Assembly: GCF_037042905.1 (NCBI RefSeq)
Contig: NC_087245.1
Location: 19,656,001-19,720,000 of the forward strand
Length of the DNA stretch: 64,000 nucleotides
DNA from: Lytechinus pictus
Lineage: Eukaryota
Direction of reading: 5' to 3'
Shown piece after piece: positions 41,661-56,600 of this stretch. Position 1 is the stretch's first letter, and each line of letters opens with the position of its first letter. The translations under genes were made by a program, and so were the position numbers. The notes beneath the pieces were generated by a model. That model worked only from the letters and a program-made list of their open reading frames with translations. It ran no database searches and had not been told where the DNA came from.

Positions 41661-44600
41661 CCACCACCACCACCACCACCACCACCACCACCATCATCAT
41701 TACCCACAACTCACCAAGTTGTAGCACACTGCTCGGTTGGTCAATGACAACCTCCCTCAATCGTTTCTGACGACGTAGCTGGTCTTCTGGAGTCAGCCTC
41801 TCGTCTTGTCTTGACAACAGCTCCTCATGAGCTTGCTCGAGACGTTTCTCCGTCAGACTGGAATCTTTCAAGAACTTCTCAAAGTCCTATAAGGACAAGT
41901 TATGACATAGAAAAAATGTAAGACATCATATTGGTCAACGTCCTTAAGATATGGCTAACGCCAAAATTGACTTTGAACAGCGAGGTGGTATGAATCAGCC
42001 GGACAACTTTGGCCACTACAAAACAAATGCTGCAGATTTATATTTTACATTTCCGGGACCGTGGTTTACACCAATGATGCAGTGTGCATAATACATAATC
42101 CTCTAGGTGTGGGGAGGTGTGTTTTTCTGAAATCAGAAAGACCAACTGAAATTTTAGAAGCATTTGTAATAAAGCCATTATTTTGGCATCAGATATTAAT
42201 GCCAACATATATAACAAATTCATTTTTAATATACAATGTATATCATGAATTTTCCCATTCAAATACAGACAAATCAATTTCATTTCACTTTACACAATAG
42301 TTAATTACTGAGCTTTGGAGCATAAAAATGCTCCCTAGGGCTACTGGAGAACTAAGTCATAAAGTAGCCAACAGAGTGACCTGATATATGAAAATACCTA
42401 CTCAAAATACCTGATACTTTATCAACTGTTCGGCACCCTTTTTCAATTTTTAGTTTATAACTTTTTTAATGTTTGCATGTGAAGTGGTGAATAATTATTC
42501 CAGACATTTAAGAAGCTTTGTGATATGAATGAGACTTGTTTGATTGTCAGGTCACTGTTATTAACCTAACACAATCAAACAAAGAAAGATTAAAAATTAG
42601 TCTATATTTGTTGATTAATGATAGAACCATAAAAGTGTAAACACTGATTATTTTGATGTTTTTTTCACAGAGGAATGAATGTATGTGTATCCCATTACCA
42701 TTCAAAATTATTTCTAAACAATCAATATTACTCCAAAATAATTTAAAACTTAATTTGGTGTATGAATTTACACCCTTACCTGAAATATAAACATTACCTT
42801 TGATTTCAATCTTGCTTAATTACTTTTCTTGTTTGTTATATGATCTCACTTCAGCACAAACATGCTTCCACATAAATGTCTACACCACATTTTTTTTTAT
42901 TATTTCTATTGGCAGGCACACAAAGAAAACTGGATGATGTAAACATGACCTCAGATATATTTAACACCGCAGACTTACTAGTCTCTTCTACAGCCAATTC
43001 ATATAATGGTATATTCAATACTTCAGACTTACCAGTCTATTCTGCAGCCATTCTTGATGATGGTAGTCAAGTGCGCCCCCAAAATCTTCTGTCAGCTGAC
43101 TTGTGTCGAGGTACTTTGTAAGCTTGGAAGGTGATGATAGGAATATTGTCTGTGAAGAGGGAGTGAATGGGAAAGTGTTAAAAACAAGTAAATTATAAAA
43201 CAAACAGAATATATAGTTCATCCAAATCAATTTAATTGGTTCCTAATTCCTGCATGTAAGCATTTTAATCAAGAACGCGTAAAGTCAATTCAGATATTTT
43301 GCATCAGATACTGTGCATGATTCCGGTAACATTTTCATTTCCAAAATGTAAATAATATTTCTTCCAACCGTACAAATGTCACTCTATAGAGGGTTGGGGT
43401 TATGGATGTAAGTAACAAAACCCTTATGCACTTGGCCTTCAATATTTTTTTAGAAGTGACTAATGGAAGAATAGACTCTAATCGGTTGCATCACATGGTT
43501 TAGTGGTTTTACTCTTAATCAAAGAGTCTGTGGTTCAAAACCTTGTCCAGGTATCTTCAGCAAGGAATTTATCCATATTGTGCTGCACTCAACACAGGTG
43601 AGGTGGCAGGAATTTATTCCATGAAATGTAGGACTCTGCTATAGCTATGGTAATTATACTACATTATTGTATAGCACTTAAAGACTTATAACGGAAGTGA
43701 TAGAAAAACAAACTGTATAAACATCAGTATTATGAGTATCTGTACTAGGAGTAATACTGGATGGTTTGAAGTTTGGGAGATGCTATTCAAGTGTAACAGT
43801 CATCTCGCTTTGAGCAAAACTGATATTTACCTCAAACGATTGTGACTTGTCTTTCTTGAGACCAAGGCTGGATCCCTGACGAGCCCTCGAGGCATCATTC
43901 TTGAGAATGTAGATAACACTGATGCTTCCTGCTAGTGTCTCCTGTATCGAGAGAGGCAAAAAAAATTAAAAAATATTGTCACAGAAAATACAATGTAACA
44001 TACAGTTCCATAAAAATCTTGGGTTTTAATCATTATTAATGTCACAAGATTGTGACATTTCATTATTTCACTATTTGATAGATCTGGTAAATCTTTCATC
44101 GATAGCTTTCTGTAATATTTGGGAGTTTTATAAGACCCAACTGAATGTCAAGGTACATGTATACACCCACTGAGCTGCAAGCAAATTGTAATGAGTAAAT
44201 GCATCAAGTACAAATACATGATATAAAGTATATATCATCAAAATGTGGAGAAAAAAAATTCAGACAATGGAATTAACCTAACTCAAGTGCAATCCATCTT
44301 TTAAAAAAAAGATAAATCTTCCAAAAACAAATTGAAAATATAAATGTCAATCTGGCTGAAAAGAGACTAAAATGACCTGTACCATTTGTTGTTTTATGAC
44401 AGCTCATGGTTTAGGTTTATGATAGTGTGTCATCCCTGCAGACCTTATCATCACATCATTACATTGTTCTTGTATCCCCCTTAGAGCCCTTCTCAATTGT
44501 CTTAATACAAACTTTCAGCTTTTCCCACATCTTAAAGGATGATCTTGAAACTGATATCTTTTGTGTTCAATCACTTCTCAAACAGGTGTGACTGCCTCAC

Positions 44601-47600
44601 AAATTTAAACTTTATTCTAAGGTTCAAAACATAGGGTTATTGTGGGCCAAAGACTCTAATGATTTCTCAAACTTAGGAATCAATAGCAGCTATAAACAAA
44701 GATTGTAAGAAGCTTGAAGGGGGTGTAATATTATTTTTATTCTTGCCTTCAAACAATCATTGCTTTCCTGAAAGAAGTAGGGCTACATGTACATGAATTT
44801 ATATTGACAATCAAGAACCATATCATACTTAGGTTGAGTATATGAATAAATATAGTTAATTAATTGTATTTAAAAAATCATCTCATATATCTTTCAAGTG
44901 ACACTTATTTCTAATATCCCCAAAAATACAACAAAAAAATTTAAATAACTTAAATTTAACTTGAAGTTAAACTTGAATAAGAAGTTAAACATATTTGAAT
45001 GAACAGCATTTCTTAATTTTCAAGTCCTTGTGACTAGTTAAAACATTAAATCAAAACTATGTAGTTGCAAATAACCACCAAGTTTGCTGACATCTAGATC
45101 CATGTACCTCATAGTACTGTATGAGTTCCATTACAAGAATACACATGCCTGTATACAACCAAGGCTAGTCGTAACTCAATGTCAACATACACTTTGACAC
45201 TTCCTAACAATAAATCACGGTCGTAACTGAGCAGCCAAGATCATTGCTTTTCAGGTGGAATGTTAACAATCACATGTAATATGAGGAAAGAGAAATCAAA
45301 AGATTGCCTTCCACTTTTAACTTCCACAATCACTCTACAGCATGCAATACTTCTCAAATTACCCCCCTCTCAAAAATGGTTCTCTTATTCATATTTCACT
45401 TAATCTCTGTAACTTGTTCTGCACATAATTTTTATCATGAAATTCTTTTTGGAATAAGATCAACCTATAAAGATAACTTATATGTTATCTATAAAGCAAT
45501 GGGGCATATTTTACTCCTTTCAATAAAATTTGAAGCATATTAAGGGTACATGTACATGTATCACTCCGAATGAAACACTTTTTCTCAAATAATAGGCTTC
45601 ATATAATCTCAATGTATCTGTCTTTTTTATTCTTTCAAAATTAATTTGTTCTTTTCTTAAAATTGAAAGATATGAAACATCCTCTTCTTGAAACAATAAA
45701 CTAAGATGATGATGATTTCATCATTTGTCATCATTTTGAATACATCTGCAAGACAATTTGGACAATAATTTTTTTTAAAGAGAAAAATATTTGTAAACAC
45801 AAGATCTGTTTTGGATTCCAGAAACTAGTTTATATAGGCCTACATGTAAGTTCCATTTTATTTCTTTCATACAATCCCTCTATAATTCATCCCAAAAAAT
45901 TTGTTGAAACACGTACATTGTTCAATGCCAGCAATTTGCTGAATTACTTGTCTGATATGCTGTAAATGTATAGGCCCTGTACAACATGTATAATTAATTT
46001 ACTTGGTAAATGCATTCTATCCCAGACATACCCTTTAATTCTTTGTAGTATCAGCACCTTGAGATACATTTAATTACCTAATTGCTAAATTAAGAATGAT
46101 CTTATTATGTTCTCCCTTGGGGGTCAGACAATGTACTCATCATCACAAAGGAATTTGGTTTCTGCCCCCTTTGGTGTCGGAAGGCTCTGACAGTGTAATG
46201 TAATGGATATTGAGTCAAATAAAAATATAAGAAGGTCGTCATGTGCATGGGTGTGATGATAAACTGGATCTGTCGCATGTTTACATGCTCAGCCCAATGT
46301 AACACCCACACAGTCCGGGTAGGTACAGTAAACTTGAAAATATAAACCTTCCAATTATTATATTCCTCTTCATCCTGTAACCTGGCCTGGATTCACTTGC
46401 AGTGACTTTCCTAGACTGATCCACTGAACTGGTCCAGGCGATATGCTTTCATTTCCAATATATAACCCACTGTGGCACTAACATAATTTGGAATAGCATT
46501 TTTCTACATTTGCCACACTTGACTCGGGTGAAGTAATTGGGTACCTGACAAGAACTTAACCCTCGTAATACAAAATCACCTTGTTGACAACTCCACCAAA
46601 GCTGAGGTAACAATCGTAGAAAGCCAAGAGTGTCATATCTGACAAAAAAGTGGTGCTATACTGTAGAAGAACCCACTTGTTATACAATTAAAAATAGAAT
46701 TCTAAATAGACATCATTTGGAGTAAGACAAGGGTCTCACTAACAAACATAAGATGGAACAAGAATTCATGCACATTACTCACCTGAAGAACTTTCATAAC
46801 CAATTTAATTGGTTGCCATGCCGACCCTCTCATATCAACCAGTAGACTGAAGCCATGTGCCTTGCTCTCAGTACTAAAGATCAAACAAACAAAGTTTTGT
46901 TATTAATATTTTTTAATTAAACTCACTTTCCAAAAAAGGAGGAATTCATGTAGGTAACGAAAGGATATACGTCAGATTCTCTCCATGGAACTTAAGAAGT
47001 AAAAATTGATATACACAGGGTGCACCAATATCAACTATCCATATTGTCATGTACATGTGCAATTTTTGTTAGCCAAGAGGGCACTTTGCGTAATAAAAGG
47101 AGATCCAAGGTAATCATATGATTTATTGTCTCTATTTCTGTGTTTTCTTTTATGTTGTTGATGGAGCGATTGTGATACAGTCATATCAGGAAGGGCATTT
47201 TCTTAAGCTTCCCCCCCCCCCCCTGATATGACATAATATGGGGGCTTGTCTGAAATATAACTTTACAAGCCATGTTAACTTACTGTAGTTTGAAAAAAAG
47301 ATTAATACAAGAATAACTGTACATAATCTGCAATGGCTTTGAAAAAAAAATACCTAGCTGCATGTTTGCTAGCTTAACCATTTTTAAAGGAGAATGAAAC
47401 CCTTGAAACCAGCTGAATCCATATCAAAGAGAAAAATCAAAGAAACATATTGTTGAAAGTTTGAGGAAGATTGAATGAATAATAAGAAAGTTATGAGCAT
47501 TCGAATATTGAGATCACTAGTGCCATGTAGATCCTCCCAACGGCAATGCGACCAAGATCTGTGATATCACACACGTACAACTCCCTCATTACTTTAGTAC

Positions 47601-50600
47601 TTATTTCACTTATATTCTCACTTTTATAGAGTCTATCACAAGGTGAGGTGTTCTCTTTATGAGATGACAAGTACAGAGGTTTCACAACATTATATCATTG
47701 ATGAATCGTTTGTCATATGATTAGAATGAGCAAAAAGAGATGTTTTGGGGTATATTTTCAGTGTCCAAATGGGAGAGTTGTACGTGTGTGACATCACAGA
47801 TCTTGGTCGCATTGCCAATGGGAGGATCTCCATAGCATTAGTGATCTCGGCATTCAAATGCTCATAACTCTTTTATTGCTAGTCCTATTTTTCTCAAAGT
47901 TTTGTTGATCTTATTCTTTGATTTTTCTGCTTTCACAAAAGCTAACTTGCTCCAAGAGTTTCATTCTCCTTTAAGAACATGTATCTATTAATGTTGTTTT
48001 GTAATTCATGTAGCACAAGCTTTTTTAATATATAGGAAGTTTAAGCTATCTAGAGTAAAATAAAGTATCAAAAAATAGTTTTCATATTAGGCTTTGATAT
48101 ATAGGCCTACACCGGGATCATGGTATTAGAGCATAATGTTCAAAACATCAAAGATTACATGTAGTATTCATAGTGCAGTACAGTGTGCATTAAATCATTG
48201 TGGTAAGCTGGTAAGGGTGACTTACAGTAACAGTGTGCATTAAAACATTGTGGTAAGCTGGTAGGGGTGACTTGAAAATTTAGAGAGATATCAAATTAAT
48301 AAAAAATCAACATTACTGTATTTGTGCATGATTCATTCATGATGTCATTACATCAATATTATCACACAGACATGAAAGCAAAAATCTGTAACTAATGTAC
48401 AGTACACACATTAGCTTCACCAACCACAGTGAATAAAGTTTGACAATATATTGGGGTTTTTTTAGTTTGCGTTTATTCATATTTCCTTGATAAAGTATTA
48501 CTGTCACTGTATGACTGATAATGGTTGTTATGAAGTGTATGATCAAACTATAAAGGTTGATAAATCGACTCAATGATGATCCACAATGAAGCTGTGTGGG
48601 AGTTTTTACAAAACTGAATTGTGTGCCATATTATATACCTGTAATCTACCCAGTTTTGCACTCTAAATTTTGTGGTATCTAAACACAGTAAACATTTTGT
48701 ATTGTCAATTGTAATACAGTGTAATCAAACAAAAGAGACAAGTTTATTTTTTTAAAGCCTGGACTCATAGTAGTTTTCAAACAGCTTGTGAAAACATGTA
48801 CATTGTATGGTGATTTCTCATGTGGGTATTAATTGGTTTAATTTATTGCAATCCAAGCATTCCAACAAATATTGATTTGATTCCAAAGGGACGATATCAC
48901 ATAATTAGAAGGTACACTATACACTTCCTATGCCCAGATTCAGAAATATTGATGGTACATACAGGTCTTAAAATATCTATCTTTATTACAATTAAGTTCC
49001 ATACATGAGCTTGTGCAAACATCACAAGCATAAGTATGGAATATCATACACAAACTTCGTTGCAAAAATAGGATTCCAATCCCACCTTTGTAAAATACTA
49101 TATTTTTGTACAATTCTTAAAAGACAGATAATAAACTACCACATAAGCCAGTGGGCGGGCCGAAAACCACCCACACCAATTCAATTGAAAGCATTAAAGC
49201 TCCAGTTATGAATGAAATTCATGAAGATTGATTCCATCACTTCAAATCAGATTTCTTTCATTATTAATCTCATCAGATGCAATCCAAGAATTAAAATTTA
49301 GTGTTAGCTCAAAGATCAATCCTCTGATCTATTTCTATTTAAATCTTTAATAGATTTTTAATTTTGATTTAATTTCCTTTTTTTTCAATAATTGTTATCC
49401 CTTTAAACGATTTGTTTTGATGCTTCAGGATAAGACCACTATAAAATGGGTGGGGCATCCCACCAGCTGATGCCCCCAGGGAGACAGGCATCTGGGTCAA
49501 TTACAGTCTCTGTCAGGTCGGGTCACCCAGGTCAAATTCAAGGCACTTGATTGGTCAATGGTTACACTACACGCTCATGGGAAAAATAAAAGGAAAGGAT
49601 ACCACTAGGGTAAGTTCACACACCAACATTGGCGATGATTTAGAGTACTCTTGAAACATTGAAGAATTCTGTAATTGGTGATGCAATCACTGCAATGACT
49701 GATGCTTCAGGAATGCAGTTCGGGCAAAATGATGAATTGGCTTGTAGATTGTGATGATGATTTGTTCTTACAGAAATTTCATAAATATATAAACTCCATG
49801 ATTGTTAACTCAACTGATGTAGAGAAAATTCATAAGTGGTTCAAAGGACAATAAAGAACAAAAAACTTTAGGCCTACTTTGCTGATCATATGAACTATGA
49901 AGGGAATCACATTAAGAGAGCAATGATGCCTCTCCTAGCCACAATACTGTTTTTATTCTTTCTAAGAAAAAAACATAAAAAATAAGTTAAAAATCCAGTC
50001 TAAGAACCAACAAGTAATAACAATGTGAAAAAGAGGAGAAAACAGTCAACAAACAAGGAAACCTTTAGGCTTAACCACCACATCTCTCTTTTTCCTTCCC
50101 AACATATATTACAAGTTGACAATGACATAACAAATTAAAATAAATATCACACTACCATGATGCAGATATAATACACAAATTTTTGATACATTTTAGGGAA
50201 AATGGTCTACATTTAAGTCAGATTTTGCAATAGAATTATACATGTATTGCTTCCCTGTCTATCATTGTGATAAAGTATTGTTTTCTCTGTTTCAACACAA
50301 CCCTACCCAGAAATCATTTTTTATTATGATAATTAAAACATTCAAATCAAACAACAACTATTGAGTGGTCTGACTAAAGTTCAAAATGCTTGAAATAACG
50401 TCGAAGGTTAAATTCCAATCTTGAAAATTGTGCAAACATTAAATCCATAAAAAAAATATAGCCTTGTTTCTTGAGAGATCTGCATCGTTTATAATATAGT
50501 TCAAATATACCCTTTTGAATATACATGTAGCATTCCATAACATGAACTGTACATGAACAAAGTAATAGGCCTATATAGCATCCCAAGTCCCAGTAAGCCT

Positions 50601-53600
50601 TTATAAATACAAAATATTCAAAACTGGCAAATTTAGTACTTACTACTGTACATAAGTACATCAACTGGAACGATACTTATTGAAAAAAATAACGTAAAAC
50701 AAAAATCCAGTTTCATGCAGGACTAATGTAGTCCAAATTTTCTACAATGTCCGAGTTTAATGAAATATTAATTTTGAATTCCTAACTTCACAGAAAAACG
50801 AAAAGCGCAGATTGGCTCTCACATCATACATGTATACCTTTATTGAAGGCTTCCATGTCAGAAGTCCAACCTTGACTCTGTTTCCTACAAATAAAATCCC
50901 AGTGGCTAAACGAAGCGATTCAATAAATTCATAGGAACAACTGCTTAACAAATATAGGACAATACAGATCATATTTACAAAAGTAACCACACATCAAATC
51001 CTTCAAAATGGCCTGTCTGTTCCTTTTGGTAAATTTCAATACTTAACAGGCTAATAATAAATGGATAGAAATATATTTTTTTTATATATGCCCATCACTT
51101 GCATGTAAGTGGTTATGGTGGAAAAAACACCAAAGGTTAGAGCTTAAAAGAACTTATACCCCTTTCATAAACCCAATAAAACCTATCCTCCAATTAGCTG
51201 CCTAAGAGTAATGTGGATAATTCAATAAAAATTGCATTCACAAACTCCAAAAATTATCCACATTATTTTAACGAGCGCCCGTCCTGAAAAAGGCGGATAA
51301 TCATCATGACAACTGGACACGCCCCCTCCGATGCAGTTGTGTTGGAAAAGGGTGACCTTGTGACCGCACCATGGCAATTATCCGCATTATTTGGAAATAC
51401 GTTCATAAAGTCAAAATCTTGTCCCGATGCCGCTATTATGCGGATAATAGCAGCATCAGAATAATGCGGATAACTCTTGTCCTCCTCTGATTTTACGACC
51501 AAATTATGCTGCTATTAGCCGCATAATTGGGTTTTATTGGGTTTATGAAAGGGGTATAAATGCACATCATTCTGTATGTAATAAAAAAAATGTTGGAACG
51601 ATTTCTGATCAAAAACTTTGATCTGAGAAAATTTCTTTCTTTTACCTTTGCTTGCAGTTCATGAATTATGGTACAATAAACTGATCAGATTATGAATTAT
51701 ACAGAAGTGCACATTGATCCATCAGATAAAATTCATCTATATGAAATAAAGTTCATTCCAAAACTGTGTTATCATTTTAAGATATAGAGTTCCTCTTGTT
51801 TACAGTAAAATCATATTTCATATCTCAATCAGCAATTCAGAAGCTGACATACAATTTTACAAACTTGCCACTCCACCGGTAAAGGGTTTTTGTTTTCTAT
51901 CTTATTTTGTGACCTACATTAAAGAATGATACAATCCTGAAAGGTCACAGGATTTTTTTCAGGTCAAGTTTTTGTGTTGAATGACCTCACTGTCTGGGCA
52001 GAAAGTAGCAATTCTAAATCCAACCATAATGGGCATGAAAGCTTTTCATCTTCTGGATTTACGGGCTGGTTTAACTTCTTTTGAGGAGAAAAATGGGGGT
52101 CGATCTTTTTATTCAGCTTTTGTATAAAACAAGACATAGCCTTTAATAGGCAGTGGTGAACTTCAACCTCTATGCTTTAGTTTTTAAAACATATTAGTTT
52201 TAGGAGATTTAGTAGGTGCTGCAGTTTATTCATCAGAGTGCATACACAATATTTTTTTAGTTTGAGGAGGAACATTCAAACATTACTTCAGTTATTACCA
52301 ATAATCGAAAATGAGAAATTCATCAATGAAAATTCAAACTTTATACATAAAGTGAATTAATGATAATGAACGAAAGAATAAACCAGAGACAAATAATTCA
52401 ATCAATCAATGCATGGATGAAAGGAAGGAGCAATAGTTGAATGAATGAAAGAATCAAGACAGAAAGAAAGATGAATAAGAAATCAATAATCTGCATAAAA
52501 TTAAAGCCATTTTGTGTAATTAACTGATCTCTTATTATCTTTGGCTTTAAAAAATGAATAAATAAATACTCCACACAAAATTGAAACAATCTTCAATTTT
52601 CATTTTCTCCTGACAGTAGACGATAAGTGAATCAGTTACCTTGGTAACGAAGCAAGATAGGTGATGGTGGTAGCGATGTCTTCAATGGAAACTTCAGAGG
52701 GTTGTGAAGGGAATGAGATGATTGGTCCACCACGCCTGTCCTTTCCACCTGAAAATACATAAACACAAAAGATAAAATATGACATTAATCTAAAAGTGGT
52801 AATTCTTTGATTGAAAATCCCACAATGGAGAGAAGTTACACATTCATGTCTGCGTAAAATGAAAGTAGCAATCAATCACTTGCAATTGCTAAATCAAGAT
52901 CATTGTTGCACATGAATGATGTTAACATCACTCACACATAACCAATCAGAATTGTTGAGAAACTTTGAATTTCTAATTGATCATAAATATTGTTAGAAAG
53001 CCCAGACGTTCATAGTGTTGTGTTTTTAAGAAGAAAAGGATTACTGATAACAATTTGTACAAAACTAAAAATAAAGCACATATTTTTATCTATTAATCAG
53101 AATTTATTCAATCTCATCTGTCTGCTTCTATGAAAATATATCAGAAAAACCTGGAACAACCTTTTCATTTAATCAGGGGGTGCTACAACCATGTAAAGAT
53201 TTCAGATTCAAGTAAATAACCAGTTACCAAGGCAATTGATGCAACAATTATATAGCGCTTATTACAATATTTCTAAGCATTGCTTACTATTACCCTGGCT
53301 TTAGCAGGGGTAACCTGATCAGACGCTTGAGCATTCAATGAATTTCCTTCTACTGGGTACCCATTTACTACACCTGGGTGGAGAGTGGCAAATGTCAATA
53401 AACGCCCTGCTAAAGGATGCAAGTGCTGTGGTGGGGCTCGAACCCTGGACTTTGTGGTTCAAGATCCGGAGACTTATCCACTGAGCCAAAAAACTCTAAA
53501 CAATGTACCTGTAATCAGAAAGTGGAGTGGGATAGTCCTGGAGATGTACATATAGTCCTACATCCGACTGATGAAATTTCCACACACAAAAATTTATGTA

Positions 53601-56600
53601 TATGATTGTTTTATTTTTCTCTTCTTATTTAAAACAACTTGTTGCAGAGGACTTGACATGATTTCAGATTGAGAAGATTTCACAATCAAATGTTCTTCTT
53701 GAAATATTCTTATATCTAATCTTCAAAGCTTGTTAAAATAAACATCAGACACACATCAAGGTCCACTGACACTTGCTTCAATAACATTGTAATGTTTGAT
53801 CTGTAGTGTAAACGGCCTTCAGTTAATAAATGAATTTAAATGCGTCTCAAGATCAATGAATTCCAGGCATTCTCTCGTTTTTTTTTAGTTTTTGACGCTT
53901 TGAGCATTCTGATTTCCAATCAATACCAATAGCCTTTAGACATAAGTATTTTAATCAGATTTGTGAATGGGGAAGAAGAGAAGGCTAATGGAGCAGGAAG
54001 CAATATCATTACTATTGCGATTCCTGTTTCCTGAAGCGCTACCATTTCAGATGAAACTTTTATGCGTAGGCCTATTCACACGTATACGGTTTCATCGCCT
54101 TGGCTCATTCAATTGAAAATGAATGTGTGGTCCAATTAAAAACATTCATGTGGTTAAATGTAACATATCCTTGTTGGTGATGCCAATCAGCAAATATCCA
54201 AAATAAAGATGACATTTTCTATCATCTTCTTCGCTTTATGCCAATTTTACCTTTTTGAGGGAGGGGGTATGTTTCTATATTTCAGAAAGAACACTTTAAA
54301 ATTTGCTCGCAAATAGCACACCATCCTGATCATAGTCTCGTTGGTTTACCATCTCGTTGCGGTCCCCTTGATTCTCTAGAAACAACCATGCCTCACGTGT
54401 CTATCTACCTAGTCATAATTATTACCCCAATAATGAATATAATTTTCATGACAGTCCCAAATAAAGAAATAGGTACAAGCCAGTTACAATGTAATCGTTG
54501 TATTTGGTCCACAGACACTCATGTAGGCCTACATGTATAGTATATGAATGGGTCATATCTTAACTACCAGGTACTCATATTTTTCTAATCTGTTTCAGTT
54601 TCGCTTCACAATACACCAATTTTAGTTCATCGGTCACCTGTACACAATTTGTTCTATGATGGAGAACATCATCAACACAGTTTGACTGTAATCTAAAGTA
54701 CCAAGGGACCATTTTTCATCCTAGAAATGCAGCTTTCACAAAGTCATTTGTTTAACACTTAGTGGTTGTGTTCAAGGAATTACTTGTTAGGATAAAAGAT
54801 AAGTGTCGTTCCATTTAAAAGCAAAAAGAAATGCTGAAAAGGTATTATTTGTAATCATAGTCGTTTGTGATTTGTGATTCATAGTTGTTATTCTTTTTTT
54901 TTTTAATAGCTTGAGCTCACCCCTTAACGCACTGATGACTTCCCATCATAATTCTTTCATAATCTAATAATCAGCAGACAGGTGAGATGGGTGTCAAGCT
55001 AAATTCCAGATTGAATTCCATAATGAACCACATAACCCACAAGATGCATTCCACAATTTGTTTTTCTTTCATCTTTACAGGGAGACCAAAGTTGAACATT
55101 TTCTTTTCTGTTTGATGCAATACAAAATGAACTCTAGTGAGATTACTATTAACCAATTACTGTTGAAGTAAATGAAAAAAAAAAAATCTAATGATGCCAA
55201 TGTGAAGGCTGGGAGATCATGTAAAGAAGCTCTAGGGGTCCATCTCTAAGATGGAAAGTCCAGTAGAAAGAAAATTCAATTTACAAACAAAAACAGAAAT
55301 ACACACAAAAAAGGAGCAACAAACAATTACACATGTAGTTTGTACATGTACATTTATGATATACACCACCTAACAAAATGAAATGTACTTTTATTAAAGA
55401 CATCATGATGATAATATTTACATAATCATGAAAAGCCATCTGAAGAATTTGGGCATGAATGCCAGTCCAAACAAGCCACTTTTCTAAATACTTGTTTATC
55501 GCAGTGACAACTCTATCCCAAATCAAAAGAAAGCCTAACAGGTGGTAGTATTCCATATGCCCTTTACTCTTTGAACTTGAAAGATGAAAACATCACAATA
55601 GAGCAACTCTAGCATCTATATCTTGTCTACACTTTACATTAGAGCTGTTGCTAGGTCCATGCAAAGCTCTGATAAGATGGTAATTCTCTAAAAGTTCACA
55701 AGTTCAATCACTTCTCGCATCTTGCCATCCCCAAAACAGAAGTGTCATTCACAACAAAAGTATTAAAATATTGCTGCAGATTTCAATTATTAGATATTTT
55801 CCCTTCGCCGTATTATTGTCATTATAATGTGCAGTTTAGGCTTTGTGATTTTGTTTTCCTTCAGAGCTCCCTCAGGAAGTTCATTCAAATATAACCTTTT
55901 AAACTTCTCAACTGGTTGACTTCTATTGTACATGGCACACAAAACAGAGGGTGAAGAGTTTAAAATCCTTTTCTTTCAAATGAGTTCTAAATTCACAAGA
56001 AAAAAGGCTTGAAAACATTGCAATAGATCACAAATAAAAATAGCAAATGTGGTGATTACCTAGCCAAAGAGGCAGGGCTAAATACATGTAAAGAAGTCTT
56101 ATTACCCTTTTTACACAGGATTTTCTTAACCCCGGACTATCGCTAACCCCGGACTATCCTTAACCCCGTACTATCTTTTTTTCCTTTTCACACATGCCAA
56201 ATCGTTATTGCTATCCCCGGATAAGGAATGCTTGCTTTTCACACACGAAACTCGCTAACCCCGGACTAGTGGTAGCTCACGAATATTCACGAGCGCACTG
56301 AGGGTTCATTCCTTTTTACACAGGGCTAAATTGCCATTTAGCCCCACCTATAGTACGGGGTTAAGCTTAGCCCACTTTCGTTTTACACTAGCGATCTTAA
56401 CCCCGTACTATCGCTCTTAGCACCGCAATTGCTGGGATAACCCTGCTTTTTTGCAGGGCCAAATAATCCCGTACTATAGGTGGGGTTAGCCCACTTTGCA
56501 AAAATGCTGTGTAAAAAGAAAGTGGGCTAAGCTTAACCCCGTACTATAGGTGGGGCTAAATGGCAATTTAGCCCCACCTATAGTACGGGGTTAAGGAAAT

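Noticed and set aside
41235..41871. Poly-His, poly-Gly/Asp and poly-Val/Met ORFs
   Set aside because: They are translations of the (CAT/CAC)n microsatellite. Only 41715-41886 on the minus strand is a real exon.
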